A stretch of 63,324 nucleotides of DNA, filler included, from Platydemus manokwari (GCA_037951405.1; 6 parts of 6 records of this genome joined end to end with filler, not necessarily neighbours in it), one strand, 5' to 3'. Counted from the whole stretch's first letter, positions 1-13,128 are shown. Translations and numbers: made by a program. The notes: a model not told the origin generated them from the letters alone.

Positions 1-644
1 TGTATTTGTTTAAATACTATATATTTGTACAATCTTTTGAATTAATAAATATTAATATTTACTAATCTTTATCACATTTAAGGTTTTGAACTTTTATAAT
101 TATAAATATTAATGATCAAAAGTGAAAAAATGGTTTAAAATTTATAAGCGTGATGGAAATATCTAGGTACAAAATTCCGAATTTCAGCATCTATATAAGC
201 TGAGGGATTTCCATCACAATTCACTCTTAAAAATTTAACTACAAAGATTTGCATTACCAAGATAAAATTTGGAGTAGAGCGAGTAATCAGTTGTTTTTGT
301 TTTTAATCACGAATATTGTTTGTTTTTTTACTCTAAAGGATCTCCCTTTGGAGTCACTATTATATTTTAAACTCAATAGTAAAATCTTAAGGACTAAGCA
401 CAGGTTCTCACGGTCTCTGTGAGATAACCGCACTCAATTTGTTTTTTGATAAAAATCTTCGTGTGAGTTAATTGTATTTGCGTTGTGTTTTGATTGTTTA
501 TATTCAATAAAAGTTTATAAAGGTCATTGATAGTGTTTTTGATAGTGTTTTGAGTGTTGACATGTTAATATATAAATACTAAAGGGACTCACGCTGTTGA
601 GTTGAATAAACATCTACCACAACCCGACAGTATTTATATTTACT

Positions 645-743
645 ACTGCTTATATTCGGAGGGCCGCTTATATTTTTTTACAAACAAAAAAACACGCTAC
701 GTCTTATATTCTGGATACTGCTTATAATAGGAAAAACAAGGTA
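645..743. mobile_element. pogo/Tigger-type DNA transposon terminus (remnant)
   Basis: Repeated subterminal CTTATA(T/A)T motifs end in 'cttataataggaaaaacaaggta', resembling the pogo/Tigger end pattern (...cttata...ggaaaatacgg-TA). No partner end found. Confidence 0.4.
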
Positions 744-3435
744 GTGATATCTCGTTTTTGGTGTTTTTCTTACATAATTTTTATGTTATATTTCTTCATT
801 TACTTTGAGGAATTTTAGATTTGTTTTGCTGATAAGAGCCAATCAGTGAAAAGTCGCTTTTCAAACGCTCTGACTATTTGGTTTCTTTTCCCTACTTGAT
901 TTTTTGAATTAAGAAGCTTATTGGTCTTAGCACATCTTTCACCATGTTCAAAATTTAATTGTAGATCGCTATTCCCAATGATCCCCATAATTCATTATGA
1001 TTTAGCCATTTATATATTCGAAAATAGATAATTTCCAAAGTTTTAATACCCAGAAGAAACAGCCTATTGAATTGGGATTGTGTCAGAAAATTTTAATGGG
1101 AAATCTTCGATAATAGATAACTCGGAGATGTATAATTTTACGGAATATTGAGAGTTCGTCTCATTTTCAAATTATCTTTGTCTTTCAATAATTATTGGAT
1201 CTAATTAAAGAAAAAAATCGTTGTTAAGTATTTTTGTGGAATAAGGTAAGTAATTTAAATTACTGAAAGAATTTGTTGTGTTTTCTACCACCTAACTTCT
1301 ATCAAGATGATTTGATTGCTCTAATTCTTCGTTAAGATTTTAATTGTTGGTTTCTTATGAGTTTTATAAAAAATATTATGAATAAAAAAAATGATAGATT
1401 TATAAATAGAATACCGATAAATATATAAATAAAAAGTGATATCTGACTCCAATGACAAATAATGAATACTTTTTAATTATACTTAATCAAATATATAACA
1501 ATTGTATATTAATGTGACAATTAGGATAGACAACAATAATTTTAATTAATGAAACAATAATTAGGCTCTCTAATTAATTGATTGATATATGGTTCTGTTG
1601 TTCCGATAGAAATAAATTTGTTTCTTCTGTGATTTCACCACAAAATACTTTCTTGTGTAATGACTTACTGCGGATTGGGCCAATATGTTCCAGAAATTCC
1701 TCTTGTCGAGATAAAATTACATTACTAGATTAAGTTTAATTAATTGAATTATTGGGCTGGACCAATCCATTTAAAATTAGGTCAAAATTACATAAGCTCA
1801 TTGATTCAATAATAGTTAAAAAAGTCATTTTAGAAAATCAAAATTACTTGAATATATGACGAAATTTTTGCTATTTGTCAATGCATTATTTACGTTTATA
1901 TACATTAATTTCCTTTCAACCAATCGATTTTTCTTTTAATAAGATTTGTTCCTCACAACGTGCAGCTTTGTGTTTTGTTAAAAATACTTCATAATTTATT
2001 AACTGATTAATAATGACCTTTTATCTGGAATTGTCGTGATAAAATAATAATGATTTATTGAAATAATGTGCTACTAAAATTATTAACATGTTTTTAACAA
2101 TTGGCGCGGAACTGTCGTTTTTGGAGTATATTTACACTTGTTATCTTTTCTTTGTTTGGATACACTTCTATTTTAGTATTTCATCCAATCAATTATAATT
2201 TATTATTTTCTGATGCTATTTTTAGCTGTTTTTATTTTATCCTTCAAATTTAGTATTTTATCATAACCATTTTTATTTTTGGATCTATTTTTAGGTTTTA
2301 CTTTAAAATTTTTTTTAATTATTGTTTCTGGTTTGGGTGGGGTCTGGTACCCAACACAATGTTGATTCAAAGTTTGTTTTGTGAATATATTTATCATCAA
2401 TATTTTTCTTTACACAATTTGTTTTATTAAATATTAAAAGAAAATTTACTGACTCAAGTGCGATTTTCATTATATTTTTATTATTTATGACGTTTGTCAA
2501 GAATCTAATTTGCATGAAAACAGAACTCATCGTTATTGATTTTAAATTATTCATGAACGGGATTCTATAATCCAATGTTAAATTATTGATATTTATTGGA
2601 TATTCGATAAGAATTTGCAAACTAAAACATAATTCAAATAATAACACAATCGAATATAATCGAGATAATCGAATATGAGGTAGTCTAATTAAACGTAATT
2701 TCGATTTCTGATTTTGATCAAATAAAAAATTGATAGGTTGAGACAGTTATTGTTGTAACAAAGAATAAAATTATTTTGTGAGACCGGTCGTTCATCTGTC
2801 TCTCAGTATCTGTAAACGAAGTGCATTTTCATCTGTGATTAACTGGTCATCAAAAACCCAACACAACTTCGTTTTCAAATTATTCTCTCCTTTAACTAGT
2901 TTGCTGTCATATTTGATTTTCTTAAACCCTTTCTGACTGATGCAACAATTTGTCTTCTTTCAGGTTTCTATACCCATGTTGCTTAATCATCTTTCTCCGG
3001 TGATCAATGATTTGTTTCTTAAATATATTTATCATTTGTTTTGGAATTACAAATTTAGAAATATTACGCTTTATATAAATAATCTATTATAAAGGATACA
3101 TTCCTGATTCAATAACTACTTATAGTTTTAAACAAATGACTGAGTCCTAAACTTCTATTGAAATTAATAGTACAGAACCACTTCTGGCTGTTATCACAAC
3201 CTGCCGTATCAGGTACGATATATACTATACAATATCAGTCAGTGATTTTCTAACTATACAAAAATACTTCTATTACTACTGTTGGGTTCCAAAAGAATCG
3301 AAGGTTGCAATTTGTATTTTCTTTAACACGTACTAATACGATACAAGCGTCTCCAAAACTCTGCAAAACATCTCAAATATTACAAACTAGAACTTGGCTT
3401 TCAACTAGCAGTTGGACATCTTTACATCGATATTT

Positions 3436-3477
3436 ACAGTTGCGACTTGTGTGTAATATTTTATCACATTTGTATCA
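3436..3477 (-). mobile_element. degenerate gag CCHC zinc knuckle of an LTR retrotransposon remnant
   Basis: Minus strand reads *YKCDKILHTSRNC, which is CX2CX4HX4C with the first Cys codon changed to TGA. Flanks are not open. Confidence 0.4.
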
Positions 3478-6400
3478 CATTTTGATTTTATCTTTAATTT
3501 CTCGAGTTTCTATTGGACACCTTGATTATTGTATACTTGGAACTGATCAATTTCTGGGTGTGTTACTGTGTGGCTATGTCTCTTTTTCGAGTTATAATTT
3601 TCCATTTAAGACAGCTGTGATTGGTTGATTGCTATACCTGTGTGCATAAAGTGCTAAAATAATAGTTCCAATGTGCAAAATCGTTTTTCTTTGTGTGAGA
3701 TTTTATTTTTACTCAACACTTTTATACTACCATACAATCATACTTGCTACAAAATGAAATACAATAATGGAGGTCATAAAAATCTTACTTTAAATGAAGC
3801 GTGTGCTTGAATGGCGATTTAAAGAGTTTTCTCCGTTCTCTAAATACTACATTTTAATGCACATCTCTTCGTAATTATACAAACCTGGAAACTTTTTAGA
3901 CTACTTCTCTTATTTAGAGACCAATCTCAAGTAAATTTGAACAATTTGTGTAGTATTTGGAGAATAAACACAGCTTTGAGTTGGTAAAATATAAAAAAAA
4001 TTGTCAAAATAATAGGATAAAAAGTTTGATCTTCTTTATAAACGGATTCTACACTAAATTGTGCAGCTTTAGAGGAAAATTAATACCTAGACATAGGTAA
4101 TATTCTTAAATTCCTATCATTAATCCCAATCATTATTACAACTTTCAGGCTCATATTTTCAAGACTTATTATTAATCTCAATTGCTTAGTCAGTTTATAG
4201 GAATCATCGATCATTTCTGGTAATTTGTCTTTTTTGGTTAAGATTCTCGGTCGATTCCACAGATTGGACAGAAAATGGACATTGATCCATTGTTACTAGA
4301 AGCAGGTTAATTGAGATGAGATTATGATATTCTTATTCTTTTAAAAGGTTAATGAGTATCGTGAGTTCCATTACTAAAACCTTAAGGTTTACCAGTACCT
4401 ATGTTAATTTATCTTCTTTATGCGCTCTAGCGGCAGTATGAAGACTGTCCTTAAGATGTCAATAGCAATTTATTTTAGTAACGTTAATAATTGTTTAACG
4501 TCTCAATAACAGCTAATTATACTTGCACATGACAATTATAACCAATGATTAAATAGTGACATTCTGTGCTAAGCAGCAAATGTTAGTCATTTTGGTACAT
4601 GTTATGAATGTGTTACTATTTTTCTCCAGGTAGTTATTTTTGGTAATATTTGCTTTTATTTTCTTTTTGAACATGACGCGATTTCTATTTATAGGTTTTA
4701 ATACAATTTTTATAATGACCTCGACATCGATTAATTTTGATGTAATTAAACAAATTTAAAAAAAATTATGGATATTTTTATCAAAAAATTGTTTTTTTTA
4801 TTTTATTTAAGAAAATTTTGCTCTTATTATTTTAAATCATTTGGTTGCTCAGTTGGCTTGGAAATTCCCCTCACAATATTGATAGTGACTTTTACTATGT
4901 GTTTGATAAAAAACAAACAAGATACCAATGAAGGCATACAGAACTACCCTCAGAATGGTCGGTACACACAGACATGATCAGCGCACGTACCAGTAATCAG
5001 ATGTCTCCAAAATTAATTTAATAAGAATTAAAGCATTAAAAATGTTATGTAGTGAATATTTCTCATGAACTTTTAATAAATATATGGCAATTATTATGGA
5101 ATCTAAAGGTGATAAAATCATGAGCCCTACTAATTTAAGCAAATCAGAAAAATTAATGACTATTGGTGACTATGTAATCGAAAAAATAAGGAATTAGTAA
5201 TTGCTTATTACTCTAAAAGAAGGAATTATAATTAAAATTTTTATTTATTTATTAAAAAGATAGCTTGATTTGTCCAAGAAAACAATCAGTGATGATTCAA
5301 ATAGTTTAGTAAAAAAAGAAATTAACGATTTTATATTTGTTTTTTGCATATGTAGTTTTTTATTTGAGGCTTGTTTGCTCTTTATAAAAGTTGTAAAGGT
5401 GACTAGACATTTGCATTCAATATTCTTAGGCGTACGACTTTGGTTGATGTTTGTATTATTATTTACTGGTTTTAATGGGATTCAATAATTTCATATGATG
5501 ACCAAACTACGGGAACTTCACTGAAATGTAATGGTTTTGGTTTTATAATTTAAACTTTCTGGTTATTGTAACAAGAAGTATATGGATCGCTGTTTAAAAA
5601 TTATTTCAACCTAACTATATAGCAAAATAAATTTGTGTATCAGTGGACGTTATCAGTATGCATTGTAGTGATCATGAAAAATGATTACTTTCTATTATGT
5701 TCATTGAAGAATATGAAACTAATAACAGCAAAACATTAAAAAAAAAACGAATGTGTCGAAATATAAAACCTATAGTAGGTAATTACAAAATATTCTTCTA
5801 GATATTGGGGTATAGGGCTATTAACAATTTTAAATTACAATGATCAGACAGTAGTAGTCTAGTGATTTGGTTACAAAATATAAAATATTATTGCATTTTT
5901 CTCATGGAAAATAATATTGACTATTTTTTATGTAAATTCTGGAAAATTGGTGGTTAATAGAAATAAAATATAATATAAATCATTTCCAAAACAATATCGC
6001 AGTAATAATAACATGGATTGGACCAAACTATTGAGTTACGGGTGCTTTGAAATCTGTCGAATAAGTTATGAATTGAATTACCAACTTGAATATTTATAAA
6101 AGGTTTAAAATTTTGTAGGTTCCGAGCTGAAAGTAAGTTGAGAACTCGGAGACTAAGAAATTAGAGATATAAAGCTATAAATGTAAGAATTTTAAGTAAG
6201 TTTTTGGAGATGTTGTTCCTCAACATCTATATTATAAATATTTGATCATTTATTTAATATAGTTATTTGATAGTTTCCTACTGCAACTAGTTGTGATTTG
6301 ATCAGAACTAAGATATTTGAACATTGAGTAATATCAATTTCTCAATCGGGTTATTCATTGATCAATAATAGTATATCAGTTAGATACAGCAATTAAACAA

Positions 6401-7967
6401 CGACGATGATATAAAAAATTGTATTTTAAACTCAAGAACACAAAAATCCAATTATTATGTGTAGTACACCGCCGATGATGCGGGTAGTCACTTGCCAGCC
6501 GGTAATGAAGAACCGCAGTTGTTGAAATAATTATTTTAAAAAACACTACTCGCTTCATAACAAATGAGATTTGATATCAAAGTTGTATCGAAAACGATCT
6601 CTATAATTGAAACGAGATAATTACGAAATAAACTTGACGATTCAATTTTGGTGGTATCAGTGGAAACGATTCCAAAACGTCTATTCTTTAACTACACTTA
6701 CAATTAGGAATATTATAAAAATAGCTTGTTTTTTGTCAAATACTATTTTACTGAACGACTATCAATGATAGGCGTTAAGCTATTTAGTAAACTAATAAGC
6801 TTTATCATGAATTTATATCTGGTCGCTTTAGCTTAGCTTTTGTGAAGCGAAATGTCAATGTCAGGCTTTCCTTAAAAATTGGTCATTTTTGTAATTTTTT
6901 TAATGGTGGATTTTTTTCACAATATTAATGAACTTAAATTAGTATTTCATTGTTATACCATTACTATTTCAAATTTGTTATCATTTATTTAATTATGGAC
7001 AAATAATTATTTTTTCATGTTTTTCTTTTTTACAATAACCATCAATGTAAGCAAGAGTATGTAAAATTTCCATATGAAATTGATACACACAAAGTTCAGA
7101 ATATATTGTTGGGTAGGTCACAAAAACAGCATTCGTTATTTTATTTAGAGTCAGATAACGCTTTATAATAATAATTATATGTATATATTTGTTGGTATAC
7201 TTAAGTGCCTTATATAAAATCTAAAATTCCTTAATCATAATATTATCATAAAAATCATAATTAGCCAAACAATATTATAAAAGCAATTTATAATATATAT
7301 ATACTAATGTGAGACATATCATTATAAAAATATAAAATATCACATTTTAGTATATATTGGTGGCGGTAGAAAACAAATAAAACTATAGTGTATGTCACTA
7401 ATAATTAAACGAAATTCTTCAAACTAAGTTTTTGCAATTGATTGCAACTCCGTAAAAGATATTAATAAGAGTTTATATTAATGAGTTATTTTAAACTAAC
7501 GTTTTATTATTTTAATTTCAAAACTACTTGGTTAAAGATGTCCTGAACCTTATTATTAAAAGTGTCTAACAGATTTCCCTATCATCACTTAGGGATGTGA
7601 TACGGTTCCATGAAATTAATACATGATATTTATATGATTCCAATCCAACTACTGCATATCTTAATCCCATACTTGTTTTAATGTTTACTACCGAATCCAG
7701 TAATCTTTCGCAACCTTCAGTTTCATATCGATAAAAATCTTCTTTGACAAAAAGATTTGCTTGAAATTCAAAACTAACACTTTAATAATACTTTGAACCA
7801 TGAAATAGATTTTCTATTAGCAATTGATTTGTATCTGAATAAGTTATTATAAAACAATTATGGATTTGATATTAAAATTATTTAGCGTTACAATTGTTTA
7901 CAAAATAACGGACATGCAAAACTCAGAATGTATTAAAAACCGATAAACTTTCAAAAGTAAATAAAGT

Positions 7968-9017
7968 ATGGGCAAATGTTGTTCCAAAGCTTCAAAAGTT
8001 GATGGTGATTATTTTCCTTTGGGTGGCGGGAAAAAGTATTCCGGTGATGTAGTAACGAAATTTGGAATTGAATATAATGTCGAAAGCTCTGAGTCGAAAG
8101 AAGAAGGATCAAAGTCTGTCAATACGAAATCTTTCGAGGTCAAAGATCCAAATATCCGAAGTGAAAACGATTATCTGCAATCTGCAAAAATTGCTTTAAA
8201 TGATGTTTTGTATAAGTATAAATTGGGAATATTTTATGATGAACGAATTGGTGTGTGGTTCAGAATAGTGTTCGTTTTAGACACCGATACTGTAAGAAAG
8301 CATTTTATGAGTTTCTATAATTTAAATATGAAGAATATGAGTCAAGATAAATTTTTGAATTGGTGTGATCAAAACGGTTATCCGCAGACAAAACAGTTTT
8401 ACAAATTTTACAAGTCACTGGATTTCTTCCCCTTTAGTCGAATATTAAATGCCTTATCGAATAAATATCATGTAAGATTTCATATTTCAGACATTTTCAT
8501 GTTTAAAGGCAAAGGATTTTGCCGAGCAGTTACTTGTTGTGGTTCGCATCATATGCTAGTCGATCGTGCAGTTAATGAGTATGAGTCAAGAATGCCCAAA
8601 AAAGAAATCTTGTTTAATGTCTACAAACATTGGGACAATCTCATGTTCTTGAATCCAACAATTGATATTCTTGATCATTCTTTAGATTTTCCTTTTTCGT
8701 GGCCAAAACGAATAAAACCACCGGAACCGGCATGTCCAAAATGGCCATTCGATTATTCAAAGGCTTCACCATCTGTTTTTCTAAATTATCTGGGTGATGT
8801 TAAACCGACTACCGAGACCAATTATGATCCAGTGAAATCATACAGTTTGTTTGGTGATAGAAAATTGAATTCAAAGACTCCAATAAAATTCCGTGACAAT
8901 GTAATTGTTGAAAGTGAAAATCGTACAGATGATAAAAGCGCCTTATCAACATCGGCAATCAATGAACCAGTAACAACGAAGGAGGTAAATAAATTTTTTG
9001 ATAAAAAAAGTGAATGA
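7968..9017 (+). CDS. 349-aa uninterrupted ORF of unknown function with an N-terminal myristoylation/palmitoylation-type motif (MGKCCSK)
   Basis: A 1050-nt ORF is very unlikely by chance in this AT-rich DNA. It has an ATG in an A-rich context, normal globular composition and MGxCCS at the N-terminus. No family recognised. Confidence 0.7.
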   Translation: MGKCCSKASKVDGDYFPLGGGKKYSGDVVTKFGIEYNVESSESKEEGSKSVNTKSFEVKDPNIRSENDYLQSAKIALNDVLYKYKLGIFYDERIGVWFRIVFVLDTDTVRKHFMSFYNLNMKNMSQDKFLNWCDQNGYPQTKQFYKFYKSLDFFPFSRILNALSNKYHVRFHISDIFMFKGKGFCRAVTCCGSHHMLVDRAVNEYESRMPKKEILFNVYKHWDNLMFLNPTIDILDHSLDFPFSWPKRIKPPEPACPKWPFDYSKASPSVFLNYLGDVKPTTETNYDPVKSYSLFGDRKLNSKTPIKFRDNVIVESENRTDDKSALSTSAINEPVTTKEVNKFFDKKSE

Positions 9018-9071
9018 TTTCTATATTGTTTTTCTTTAAATTTTGAAAATTTTTTTTCAATGTCTATTAAT

Positions 9072-9672
9072 TTATTTGTTAATTAGTAATATAATATTTC
9101 TTTCTGGAATTACGTTCTGAAATTTTGCAAACGTTGCTAATAATTCTATAAGAAGGTAACCAGAATTCTCATTATTATATGTATGAAAACAATTCGAATT
9201 CATAATCGAAAATTGGCAATAATAATACTCATCTTTGACGCATACACTGATCATCAAAGATTTTTTCCTTGAATTAAAGTGGATTATTCTCTTGTAATTA
9301 TTTGCATTGGATTCAGAAATGATTTTAGAATTTTTCCATCAAGTAGTTTTTTCCGGAAAATATAGTTGAAGTTCGTGCAATATATGTAAATTCCGTTCTC
9401 TGACTTGATTGATATTGATGATATTTCTCTATCCACTGGTTCCGATTATGAAGTTTTCTGCAGGAGTACAAATAGTTCTGTATAGTGACGATAATGACTC
9501 TTTCATCTCACTACCTTCAATTATAGATTCCCATGACTTAAAATTAGATCTGAATGTTTGTACACCTTTTGGTGGGGCTGGTAAATTTATTCCACTCATT
9601 AATATAGAGAAAACTGGCTTTTTCACTATATCTAAGAATCCTGAATTGAATATTTTTACTGCTTGAACTAAC
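9072..9672 (-). pseudogene. ~200-codon reading frame interrupted by two in-frame stops (unknown product)
   Basis: ORFs 9429..9626 and 9072..9257 are in the same frame. They are linked through TAG (9429-9431) and one TGA (~9340). Confidence 0.3.
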
Positions 9673-10136
9673 TAGAAGGTTTAGTGTAGTTTATGTTTGA
9701 ACAAAAAGAAATCCTTTGTTATATCATTTAGAAGCAATATTGTTACTTTTCTAGGGTCGATAATCTTTTTGATATTAATGACCTCGGAATAATTTCAACT
9801 CGCATTATAATTCACATATATTCACTACTTAAATAAAATAACGAAATCTTAATGTCATTATTTTTATGGGAAAACGAACTTACTTCGGAATAACTAAGTG
9901 AGCCACCAATCGAAGGCCATGTCCGTCTTCGATTGTGTGGTAGGAAAGGTATTTTCTTCATTTCACCGCTTCCTTCTGGTGGAATTGACCACTCAAAGCT
10001 GAATTTATTCTACGATTTCTTTATGTTTCTTTATATAGGAACTTCTTCAATAGTACTTTAGCTTGACTTCATTGCTAATGTTGGTGAGCATAATTTTTTC
10101 TTCCTAGATCTCGCAGGGATTTAATTGTCAGAAGAA

Positions 10137-10817
10137 CAAATATTTCTATGGAATAAGCTTAACTGGCTCTTGGAACATATTCTTGCTCCGAGACATGTAA
10201 TCACTTCTTCTAAAAGCTTTAGCTACCACATGGATTGATCTCACAATTAAATAAAATCAATTTATTCAATCATAAGCTCAGAAATATTTCTATGGATTAA
10301 GCTTAACTTGCTCTTAGAACATCTTCTTGCTCCAAGACATGTAATCACTTTTTCTAAAAGCTTACCAAGACAACTTGCTACATTTGATTGTGGTCTCTAT
10401 GTCCTCAGGTTTATGATTGTTTCATCTCCATATTTGAACTTCAGATTTCAGATAAAAGCGTGTCTGAGCGACTCACTGAATAGAAAACGAGGCATACTAG
10501 TATAAGTATTTTTATTTTGTATAAGGTGTATTTGAGAAACAGCAGTGTTATTCACTTTTTTAATCGTTTTATATAGGTCGTATTCTACACCATTTATTTA
10601 CTTTTATGTGAGACAGTGGCTGGAAGTTCACCATATCCAACACCTAACTAACCTCTTCATTGCTTTGAGTTTTCCTATAAAACCAATAAACATTCATAAA
10701 TTCCAAGAAAAGACAAACGTCAACATTAAAGTTAATTACCTAAAGCTACATTACCATATTATTTTAATATTAGATACCATTAAATGAAATCAATTTATTC
10801 AAACATAAGCTCATAAA
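10137..10817 (+). repeat. local imperfect direct duplication (A-B / A'-insert-B')
   Basis: Block A 'aaatatttctatggaataagcttaact...tctaaaagctt' at ~10137-10220 recurs at ~10282-10362. Block B 'ttaaataaaatcaatttattcaatcataagctca' at ~10247-10280 recurs at ~10780-10813. Confidence 0.8.
10308..10430 (+). pseudogene. Ulp1/C48 protease C-terminal fragment (probably transposon-derived)
   Basis: Translation LPRQLATFDCGLYVLRFM matches the Ulp1-family PxQxNxxDCGxYV catalytic-Cys motif. The rest of the domain is absent. Confidence 0.5.
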
Positions 10818-11007
10818 ACTACAACATATTTTAAAAAATGTTAAAACATTTCAAATACTAACTAATTTTAATAAATCAAATATACAATGCAAATGTTCAA
10901 ACATTACATCAACAAAACTATAATAAACTACTTAATGAATTTTTATTTAACATATTAACTTATAAATCAATACAATATAAAGATAAATCCAAGTAACATT
11001 TATTTGA

Positions 11008-11783
11008 TTAGCACATTCTATCAATAAGTCTGTTGACATATTCTTCTCTGTTTCCAAAATCACCACCTTCAACGAAATGGTTGGCCTTCTTTCTGAAACC
11101 ACCACGTGGGTTGTTCAATTTGAAGTAGTAGAGGAAGGAGTTAGCTTCTTTGAAATGTGGACCAACGGTGTAAATTTCGTGAATCAAATCTTCAACACAA
11201 ACAATGTTGTATTTTCCCAAATGTTGTTCAATCATATCATTGTTATCAATTGGGATACGAGCGCCATTGATCTTAGCGAAACCTCTTTTGTAGACCAATT
11301 TCTTGACCATTTTCAATGATGGGTAACCCCAAGCAACGTATGGTTCAACCAATCTCAACATTTGCAAAGTAGCTTTGTTCAATTTAACGAAAGTACCATT
11401 GTTGATTTGTCTCAATCTGAACAATTGCAAAACTTTTCTTGGTTTTGGTGCAATTTTATTGATACCCTTAAGTCTGATTACGAAGGCAAGTTTTGGTTCA
11501 GCTTTTACAAAGAAGTTTCCATCAGATTTAGCACTTTTGATGTTGTTGATAAGAGCAACTTTTTCTTTAGCATAAGACTATAAGTAAATTACATTGATAT
11601 TAATTTGAAATTTAAAAAACTTACAGCTGCATATTGTTGAGCACGAGCGGTGATCAAAATTTTTTTAGCAATGGCTGCTTTACGGCTTGCAACCTTAAGT
11701 GCAGCCTTCTTAGCGGCAACGGAAATATTTTTTTTTTCCTTTTTCAAAAGTGACTCTGGTTTTTTTGGAACTTTATTTTCCAT
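11008..11783 (-). CDS. RPL7: 60S ribosomal protein L7 (uL30); exons 11783-11625 and 11577-11008
   Basis: Reads [15 protein letters not shown]...[44 protein letters not shown]...AWGYP...[18 protein letters not shown]...GGDFGNRE. A 47-nt GTAAGT...TAG phase-0 intron (11624-11578) keeps the frame. Confidence 0.97.
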
Positions 11784-12189
11784 TCTAATTTTTAAATATG
11801 ATTTATAATATAATGTATAATACTGAAACAAACTTTATTTTAAATTATAATATTTTTAGAATTTCAACAATTTAAACAATTTTATTTTATTTTGAAAAAT
11901 GATTTTTATTTTAATTTATTTATTTTAATTAAACTACGATATATTCATTCTTAATATTAATTTATTGAATTATGGAAATAAAAAACGCATAAAATTTTTA
12001 GCAACAAGAAAATAAGATAAAATCTTAAATTGATATGCTGTATTACTCCAAAAATTTTAATCTTCTAGAATATAAACTTTAATCATAAATTAATAATACA
12101 AAAATGTTTTCAGTTGTACTAATTATCTGCTAAATTATAAAAAGAAATCCAAAAGATTTAATAAAACTACAAAAGTAATAGACACTAAT

Positions 12190-12513
12190 TTATTCAAGAA
12201 ATGTAAATAGTGACTGTTCATTGACTGGCAATTGTAATGGCGTGGGATATATATTTTCATTTTTATCGAAGTCTGTAAACTGGACTAATCCTTTTCCGAA
12301 TGCCAACACAATTGTAGGAGTACTGTTTTTTAAATATTCATTTGTGTTGTTTAGTGTCAAATTCGAAAAGTAATCAACTTCATCCTCGGGTTCTTCTAAA
12401 ATTAGAGAATTCGCAGATGAATTGAGATACTTACTATTTCTTTCTAACTTTGAAGTAGAGTAATGTCTTTTGTTACGAAGAATATCGATATCAGCAATAT
12501 TTCTTAAAAAAAA
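12190..12513 (-). CDS. probable terminal coding exon (107 aa plus stop) of an unidentified gene upstream of RPL7; not in the ORF track
   Basis: A TTTAG acceptor at 12515-12514 is followed by 108 codons, FFLRNIADIDILRNKRHYSTSKLERN...PTPLQLPVNEQSLFTFLE*. The upstream exon was not identified. Confidence 0.5.
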   Translation of the reverse strand, partial: FFLRNIADIDILRNKRHYSTSKLERNSKYLNSSANSLILEEPEDEVDYFSNLTLNNTNEYLKNSTPTIVLAFGKGLVQFTDFDKNENIYPTPLQLPVNEQSLFTFLE

Positions 12514-13028
12514 CTAAATGTAAGTATTTAAAATCAATTAGATAATTTTAAAATTAAAATCTCTGTTATTCAGTATATCAGTTATTGTGTAAATACTTAT
12601 TATTAAACTGTATACAAAGTCATTTTTTTAAAACAAACACATACATCATGAAATCAAAATACAATAAACATTAAGATAATGGATACATAATCATAATAAT
12701 AAGTATTTATTAATAATAGTGAAGTGATCTACATTAGTATTTGGAGTCTTTCGTTATATGTTAATCACTATATTTCTGATAACTGATTTTCCTTTTTAGT
12801 TTTGAATTAATAAAAAACAATACGAATATTTTTGACAGTTGAGCCTTTAAAATACAGGTTTCAATATTAATAGTAAGCCGATTGTGGTAATTAATTTGCA
12901 AGATTTATGGAAAAGTAGAAGATGGAAAACAATGCTGGTTTATTTTATAAATAAATAAACCTATACTAGTACTAGTTAAGTACTAGTTAAGTAGTAGATA
13001 ATCAAAAACGATTTATTAATATTTATAC

Positions 13029-13128
13029 NNNNNNNNNNNNNNNNNNNNNNNNNNNNNNNNNNNNNNNNNNNNTTAATTAATTAANNNNNNNNNNNNNNNN
13101 NNNNNNNNNNNNNNNNNNNNNNNNNNNN
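13029..13128. other. artificial contig spacer N44-TTAATTAATTAA-N44
   Basis: A 12-mer with stops in all six frames, centred in an N run. Identical at five places. Confidence 0.95.

Noticed and set aside
6360-6680. Possible LTR end followed by a tRNA-Met-like PBS (tggtatcagtgg at ~6652)
   Set aside because: No second LTR, clear CA terminus or gag-pol remnant could be tied to it.
11077-11583. Plus-strand ORFs overlapping RPL7 (likewise those opposite OGDH, NeuroD and the 14-18 kb cassette)
   Set aside because: They are antisense shadows of real coding frames.
11784-11831. N-terminal extension of RPL7 in ORF 11589..11831
   Set aside because: It has a non-ATG start. The ATG at 11783 gives a normal RPL7 N-terminus.
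13073-13084. TTAATTAATTAA as a biological motif (PacI-like site, homeobox site or piggyBac TSD)
   Set aside because: It is always centred in identical N runs, so it is an assembly linker.
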